Assembly: GCA_049419605.1 (NCBI GenBank)
Contig: JBMSKF010000006.1
Location: 1-60,422 of the forward strand
Source: Bacilli bacterium
Lineage (GTDB): Bacteria; Bacillota_I; Bacilli_A; RFN20; CAG-826
Reading direction: 5' to 3'
DNA: 60,422 nt
The position numbers were made by a program, and so were the translations under genes. Below the pieces are notes generated by a model. The model was not told the origin of the DNA, made no database searches, and saw only the letters and a list, made by a program, of their open reading frames with translations. Shown here piece after piece: positions 55,010 to 60,422 of this stretch (the first letter of the stretch is position 1; every line of letters starts with the position of its first letter).

Positions 55010-57787
55010 ATGAAAAAATTTATTCGGCTTTTGGGGTTTGCGCTTTTCTCGGTGCTTATCGCATTTGTCGGACTTATTGCATATCAACAAAATTTTGATT
55101 TTAATGCCACCCTTCAATATTTTATTTCCTATGGTTATTCTGTTATATCACCACTCATTTTATTTGGTGAACTTAACCTCATCTTAATCGTAACTTTAAT
55201 TGGAAGTATCATTTATCTACTTCTTTCTTTATTTTTATTCGTAAAATTAATAACAAAACTAAGAATTACCAATGCAGGCATGAGCTTGATCAGTCTATTG
55301 GTCTCCTTATCTTTTATTCTCACCTCAATTAATGGCTATTATCCTGATGCCAATTCACTTGAAAATTTAGGTAACCCAGTCAATTTTATTGAAGTACTCT
55401 TGATTCCGATTCAAAATCCGAATCCTGGACTAAGAGCCTCTGCGTTTTCTGCATTAGTAGTTAGTATTGTTTTTTTCACGATTATATTTGTTTTAATGAA
55501 TATCATTGACCTTTTTAGAAACCCCTTTTCAAATCAATCTGGTCAAGTGATTCCATTTTTAAAGGAAGACACTATGATTGCCCAAGAATTATCAAAATTT
55601 GTTATTCCAAACCAAATACGACTTCCTCAAACTGACAATTCCTTACCTAATATTGATGGGAATCAAGAAAAAAAACTTGAATCTATAGGTGGGACTTCAA
55701 TTTTAGAACAAACGCCTATTGTTGTTTTGCCACAAAAACCGTCCATCCCAGATAAAGAAGAGATTGTAAAAGCTCGGCAAACCGTTTTGCAACTTAAAGA
55801 GAGAATTCGTTCACAAATCCGTTTAGAACTTTTAGAAGCAAAACAAAATTTTTCTTTCAATTCAAATATTTCATCACAAAATGTCCAGCCTACCACAACA
55901 GCACCATCTATTCCTCCCTCTGAAGAGGCGTTACCACCTGTAGATAACAAAGTTGAAACGAATCTTGATGCAAGTGCACTTTCACAAATTCAAGCAAAAG
56001 TGAATGAAGTTATCGCAGCAGAGATGTCGAAATTAGAACCTAAAACGAAAGATCAAGTTAGCACTTTAATCAATGAAGAACTAATAAAGTATGATTCTTT
56101 AAATAGAGAAGTGATGGAAAGTTTAGTTTCTGAAAAAATCGAACAAGTTAGTTCATCAAATTTTGATCAATTTAAACAAGAAATAGAAGCAACTGTAGCA
56201 AAAGCTATTCAAGAATTACAAAGTTATCAAAACCAAGGTAATGCAACTATATTACCTACAAATACTCATGAACCGACTCTAGAAATAAAAGTTCAACAAA
56301 TTATTGACCAATCAAGCCTTGCTAAAAAAATTGAATATTTAGAACAATCCATCAAACAAAACCAACCTAATAATCATCTATTACCAAGTTCAGAAGTGAC
56401 GTTGGCCCAGGTTGAAAGCTTGGTAGAAAAACATCTAGTTCCATTTTCCTCTTTATTAGAGAAAGTAAATGATTTACAAAAACAAATAGATACGTTAACA
56501 CAATCTATAACTCGCTCAGATTCAATACCATTTGTAAAACAAGAAATTTTCGATACCCAAGCAGAGCAAATTAAACAAAATCAACAACGTATTATTCAAC
56601 TTCAACAAGACTTACTTACTGCAAAAGATACCCTAGAACAGTTTCAAATAGAAACGTTATCAAGAACAAATAAAGTTCAAGAAAAAGTTTCTGCTTTGGA
56701 AACGAAACACCTACAAGAAGTTTCTCCCAATGAAGTTTTTAGTGAAGAAATATTTGTTTCGTTATTAAAAAAATATCAGCAACCCTCCAACCAATCTGAA
56801 TTACCGATGGATGTCATACAAGGCTTGATTACCAATGAAATCAAAAAACAAATCAATCAAACACCTTCGTTAACCAAAGAAGAAGTGATGAAGATGATTG
56901 ATGAAGCGTTGAACAATATTAGGAACTCCAACCCAATTCAATCGGACTTTGACGCCAATAAAATCATGGATTTGATTCAATCCAACTTACCTAAACCATT
57001 AACAGAAACCGATGTTAAAACAATTGTTCAGACTTCATTACCCGCTCACTCCAATTTAAATGAAGGTTTAGTATTGGGTATGATAACTAATGAAATCAAG
57101 AAACAAATTAGTCAAACATCTTCCTTAACCAAAGAAGAAGTCATCAAGATGATTGATGAAGCGTTTAATGGTTCTGAGATATTAGTGGCACAGAATCCGC
57201 AACCTCAGCTTACGAATAATCCTATCAATACTCAACGATCGAATTTTGATGCAAATGTTATGACGATTCCTGTAATTAAAAAGAAAAATGCGAAGGCTCC
57301 TGAAAATGAAAAACGAGCAGAACAATTTAAATCGGTGATAACTCCTGATTTAGGCATAACGAGAACGGGTAAGAAAAAGATTATTCGTATACCGTTTCAA
57401 GAACGGATGGCCAAGGCTGATCCATTAATGTTAGGTCATTATGATGAACTAAAAAATTACATTCTTAGTTATCAAGTTAAGTCACGAATTTCAAATACCG
57501 GTGATATGTTTAGATTACACAAAGAAGAATTCGTTAAAATTACCATCGCAGGCAAAAGTCTAAAATTATACTTGGCCTTAAATCCTGATGATTATAAAGA
57601 TAGTCCCATTCCTGTTGATGATGCTTCTGATAAAAAAATATACAAACAAATTCCATTAGTATTTAAGGTTAAATCTGACTTATCTTTGAAACGTGCTAAA
57701 AAATTAATCGATGATTTAATGGCTAAAAAATCTTTGCCTCAAAAAGAAATACCATTTTTACAATGGTCTAAAGCCTTCGTTAAATAG
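55010..57787 (+). CDS. Large hypothetical protein: about 4 N-terminal TM, long Q/E-rich coiled-coil/repeat region, basic globular C-terminal domain
   Basis: 925-aa ORF from ATG 55010 (SD GGAGGG). Called from composition and internal repeats; no named family recognised. Confidence 0.8.
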   Translation: MKKFIRLLGFALFSVLIAFVGLIAYQQNFDFNATLQYFISYGYSVISPLILFGELNLILIVTLIGSIIYLLLSLFLFVKLITKLRITNAGMSLISLLVSLSFILTSINGYYPDANSLENLGNPVNFIEVLLIPIQNPNPGLRASAFSALVVSIVFFTIIFVLMNIIDLFRNPFSNQSGQVIPFLKEDTMIAQELSKFVIPNQIRLPQTDNSLPNIDGNQEKKLESIGGTSILEQTPIVVLPQKPSIPDKEEIVKARQTVLQLKERIRSQIRLELLEAKQNFSFNSNISSQNVQPTTTAPSIPPSEEALPPVDNKVETNLDASALSQIQAKVNEVIAAEMSKLEPKTKDQVSTLINEELIKYDSLNREVMESLVSEKIEQVSSSNFDQFKQEIEATVAKAIQELQSYQNQGNATILPTNTHEPTLEIKVQQIIDQSSLAKKIEYLEQSIKQNQPNNHLLPSSEVTLAQVESLVEKHLVPFSSLLEKVNDLQKQIDTLTQSITRSDSIPFVKQEIFDTQAEQIKQNQQRIIQLQQDLLTAKDTLEQFQIETLSRTNKVQEKVSALETKHLQEVSPNEVFSEEIFVSLLKKYQQPSNQSELPMDVIQGLITNEIKKQINQTPSLTKEEVMKMIDEALNNIRNSNPIQSDFDANKIMDLIQSNLPKPLTETDVKTIVQTSLPAHSNLNEGLVLGMITNEIKKQISQTSSLTKEEVIKMIDEAFNGSEILVAQNPQPQLTNNPINTQRSNFDANVMTIPVIKKKNAKAPENEKRAEQFKSVITPDLGITRTGKKKIIRIPFQERMAKADPLMLGHYDELKNYILSYQVKSRISNTGDMFRLHKEEFVKITIAGKSLKLYLALNPDDYKDSPIPVDDASDKKIYKQIPLVFKVKSDLSLKRAKKLIDDLMAKKSLPQKEIPFLQWSKAFVK
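56822..57169 (+). repeat. Intragenic duplication, 93 nt x2 with 255-nt offset
   Basis: GLITNEIKKQINQTPSLTKEEVMKMIDEALN (56822-56914) versus GMITNEIKKQISQTSSLTKEEVIKMIDEAFN (57077-57169). Confidence 0.9.
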
Positions 57788-57796
57788 GAGAATGAT

Positions 57797-58372
57797 ATGG
57801 AATTAATTTCAAGACCAGGTTGGATTGAAGTCATCTGCGGACCAATGTTTGCAGGCAAAAGTGAAGAACTTATTCGAAGAATTAAACGCCTTGAGTATGC
57901 TAAAAAAAAGACCTTGGTCTTTAAGCCAGGCATCGATAATCGTTATTCTGCGGATGAAGTGGTGTCCCATTCAAACTTAAAAGCTAAATCTATTTCTATA
58001 AAAGAAAGCAAAGAAATCTTAGATTATGTCGACTCATCCACCTTTGCAATAGCGGTTGATGAAGTGCAATTCCTTGATAAAGAAATCATATATATTGCCC
58101 AACGATTAGCGCTAAAAGGAATTCGCGTGATCCTAGGTGGACTTGATACTGACTTTCGTGGAGAACCTTTTCCCATTACAGCCTCACTGATGACGATTGC
58201 AGAGGATGTTCTGAAACTCACTGCGATTTGCGTTGTATGTGGAGCACCGGCAACGAAAACACAACGAATCATTAATGGTAAACCCGCCCATTATGCAGAC
58301 CCGATTATCAAAGTTGGTGCTTCTGAAGCCTATGAACCACGCTGTCGGCATTGCCATCAAGTGACGAAGTAA
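57797..58372 (+). CDS. tdk: Thymidine kinase
   Basis: GPMFAGKSEEL, VDEVQF, GLDTDFRGEPF, AICVVCG and YEPRCRHCH motifs. Confidence 0.97.
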   Translation: MELISRPGWIEVICGPMFAGKSEELIRRIKRLEYAKKKTLVFKPGIDNRYSADEVVSHSNLKAKSISIKESKEILDYVDSSTFAIAVDEVQFLDKEIIYIAQRLALKGIRVILGGLDTDFRGEPFPITASLMTIAEDVLKLTAICVVCGAPATKTQRIINGKPAHYADPIIKVGASEAYEPRCRHCHQVTK

Positions 58373-58391
58373 TTTCCTGTATAATATAACT

Positions 58392-59402
58392 ATGTTTGCT
58401 GACCCTTGGTTGTGGTTTATTCTTCTCATTATCCTTATCTTTGGTGCTTATTTTTCTTTAGCAGAAACGGCTTTTGCTGCAGTAGATCCTATTCGCATTA
58501 AAGTGTTAGCGGAAACATCTTCGGTCGCCAAAAAAACATTAACATATATTGAAAAATTTGATCGCTCCGTTATTATTACGGTCATCGGAAGTAATATCAC
58601 CTCTGTATTATTGTCAACTTTATCAACTATCTTCTTTATCGAATTATTTCAAGATGATGGAGTTGGGACGTTAATCGCGACGATTATTTCTGCCCTCTTA
58701 TTCTACATTTTTTGTGATACGATTCCCAAAGTGATTGGCCGAGGTATGCCACTACAATCTGCATTGTTTGTAACCGTCATTTTTGATGTATTTAAAATCA
58801 TCTTTTTTCCAGTTTATGTTGTCTTTTTCAACATTAATAGGTTTTTAAAACGATTTCAAAAAGAGGAAACCCATCCAACACTCACAGAAGAGGATTTCTC
58901 CACGATTGTTGAAAAACAACATCAAGAAGGGACCTTAAATGAAAGTGAAGTAAAGTTAATTCAATCTGCGATTGAATTTTCTGATACGACCGTTAAAGAT
59001 GTCTTAACGCCCATTGATAAAGTCTTTGGTATCCCAGAATCTTCTTTACATGATGCAAATTTAGCGGAAAAATTAATTGCTTCTCCTTTTTCTAGAGTGC
59101 CTATTTATCATGAAACTCTACAACAAATTGTTGGAATTTTATCCATTCGCACTTATTTTCAATCCTTACAAAAGCATCGTGCGCATGATCCAAATTTATT
59201 GATTAAAAAACCATATTTTGTTTCTAGCAAAGTTACCATTGATGAATTGTTCGAAGGGTATAAAAAGTATCGAACCCACGTTGCCATTGTTAAAGATCAA
59301 CAAGGTCAAGTCATAGGCATGGTTACGATGGAAGATGTATTAGAAGAGATTGTTGGGCAAATGGAAGAACTCGTCAAACATACAGGAGTGATTCGTGGTT
59401 AA
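58392..59402 (+). CDS. CNNM/CorB (DUF21 + CBS pair) transporter, no CorC C-terminal domain
   Basis: YFSLAETAF, CDTIPKVIG, FSRVPIY and GMVTMEDVLEEIVG motifs. Confidence 0.9.
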   Translation: MFADPWLWFILLIILIFGAYFSLAETAFAAVDPIRIKVLAETSSVAKKTLTYIEKFDRSVIITVIGSNITSVLLSTLSTIFFIELFQDDGVGTLIATIISALLFYIFCDTIPKVIGRGMPLQSALFVTVIFDVFKIIFFPVYVVFFNINRFLKRFQKEETHPTLTEEDFSTIVEKQHQEGTLNESEVKLIQSAIEFSDTTVKDVLTPIDKVFGIPESSLHDANLAEKLIASPFSRVPIYHETLQQIVGILSIRTYFQSLQKHRAHDPNLLIKKPYFVSSKVTIDELFEGYKKYRTHVAIVKDQQGQVIGMVTMEDVLEEIVGQMEELVKHTGVIRG

Positions 59403-60422
59403 TCCTTGGATATTACTATTTTCTATGGTTGTTGCTTTATTTTTTTCAGCCTTTTTTTCAGCTTCCGAAATGGCATATACTGCCGTTAACCATCTCAAAC
59501 TAAAACGATTAATTGATCAAGGAAATCATCATGCAAAAAGGGCGTTAGCCATTGCCGAACATTATGACCAATATTCATCTGCATTATTGTTTGGTAATGG
59601 GATCGTTAATATATTTAACTCCTCAGTGACCGCGCTTTTATCGCTTCAATTTTTTGCTCCAATTCTACCCAATCCTGGTTTTGCGGCGACGATATCTGCC
59701 ATTGCAATCTTTTTCATTATTGTCGTTTTTGGAGAATTAATCCCCAAAACGTTTGGTAAGATCAACGCACTCCAATTAACGTTATGGTTCGTTTATCCTG
59801 TCATGATTCTTCGCTTCATTTTTAGCCCGTTTGTATGGTTAGTGAGCATTATCGTTTTTCCAATCCGTTCGTTGTTTGTTCAAAAACGAAAAGAAAATCG
59901 AAGTAAATATAATGACGAAGAATTAGAAACGATGGTTGATACCATTGAAGAAAAGGGCATGATTGATGAAAAGAAAGGTGATTTAATTCGCTCTGCACTT
60001 ACTTTTTCTGAAAAAAAAGCTTATGAAGTCATGACCCCTCGCGTCGATATCGTTGCCTTCAATATCGAAGATGATAGTCAAAATTTACTTTTAAACCCAG
60101 ATATATTTGGATATTCCCGTATTCCAGTTTATGACCAAACCCTCGATAAAATGATTGGAATCTTACCAACCAAAAAACTTTATAAACGATTTTTAAATCA
60201 ATTACCAATTGAATTACCAACATTATTGATTCAACCACTATTTGTTCCACGTAACCAACCCTTAAGTAAAATTTTAGGTTTATTCAAAGAACAAAAGCAA
60301 CAAATGGCGATCGTTGTCGATGAGCATGGTGGGACCGAAGGACTGATTACTTTAGAAGATATTGTTGAAGAAATTGTTGGTGAAATTTGGGATGAAACCG
60401 ATGATATTTTGCCGCCAATTAT
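59395..60422 (+). CDS. Second CNNM/CorB paralog (3'-truncated by window edge; not in the ORF track)
   Basis: GTG 59395 with SD AGGAG. FFSASEMAY, FGELIPKT, VMTPRVD, YSRIPVY and VDEHGGTEGLITLEDIVEEIVGEIWDETD. Confidence 0.92.
   Translation, partial: MVNPWILLFSMVVALFFSAFFSASEMAYTAVNHLKLKRLIDQGNHHAKRALAIAEHYDQYSSALLFGNGIVNIFNSSVTALLSLQFFAPILPNPGFAATISAIAIFFIIVVFGELIPKTFGKINALQLTLWFVYPVMILRFIFSPFVWLVSIIVFPIRSLFVQKRKENRSKYNDEELETMVDTIEEKGMIDEKKGDLIRSALTFSEKKAYEVMTPRVDIVAFNIEDDSQNLLLNPDIFGYSRIPVYDQTLDKMIGILPTKKLYKRFLNQLPIELPTLLIQPLFVPRNQPLSKILGLFKEQKQQMAIVVDEHGGTEGLITLEDIVEEIVGEIWDETDDILPPI

Noticed and set aside
1-60422. CRISPR array, IS elements, rRNA, dif site, or recoded TGA
   Set aside because: No spaced repeats, transposases, rRNA sequence or convincing dif motif were seen by eye. 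TGA terminates several conserved genes at the expected length (lepB, rbgA, trmD, deoD).

Overview
Gene-dense, AT-rich bacterial chromosome segment, mostly + strand. It uses genetic code 11 (TGA is a stop). PolC, DprA, RbgA, CdaA-GlmM-GlmS and the rnc..rplS..topA..rpsB..polC order point to a streamlined Bacilli lineage near Erysipelotrichales/Mollicutes (inference). 1-22.4 kb is the conserved Bacillota translation/replication cluster, but stripped of smc, ftsY, ffh, trmFO, hslVU-codY, dxr and proS, with rpsP-khpA-rimM-trmD-uppP inverted. 22.4-41.2 kb holds eight tRNA genes, an ArsB/NhaD-type transporter, an aldo-keto reductase, MsrA and fRMsr, a CotH-kinase lipoprotein and two bioenergetic operons. 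These are an NqrBCDEF complex with no NqrA/RnfC and an AT-rich nine-gene V/A-type ATPase whose c subunit looks H+-specific. 41.3-60.4 kb holds cdaA-glmM-glmS (no cdaR, no ribozyme), SPFH/NfeD, a maltodextrin locus, deoD, a degenerate NERD protein, a LytTR regulatory system, tRNA-Gly, a large membrane-anchored repeat protein, tdk and tandem CNNM transporters. Best leads: (1) the NqrA-less Nqr with no visible electron-exit subunit; (2) both SRP genes missing from their usual locus while ylxM is kept; (3) repeated leaderless-mRNA promoter architecture; (4) nine tRNAs that all have C34/G34 anticodons. No mobile element, prophage or CRISPR array was seen. All calls come from manual motif recognition, not database searches.
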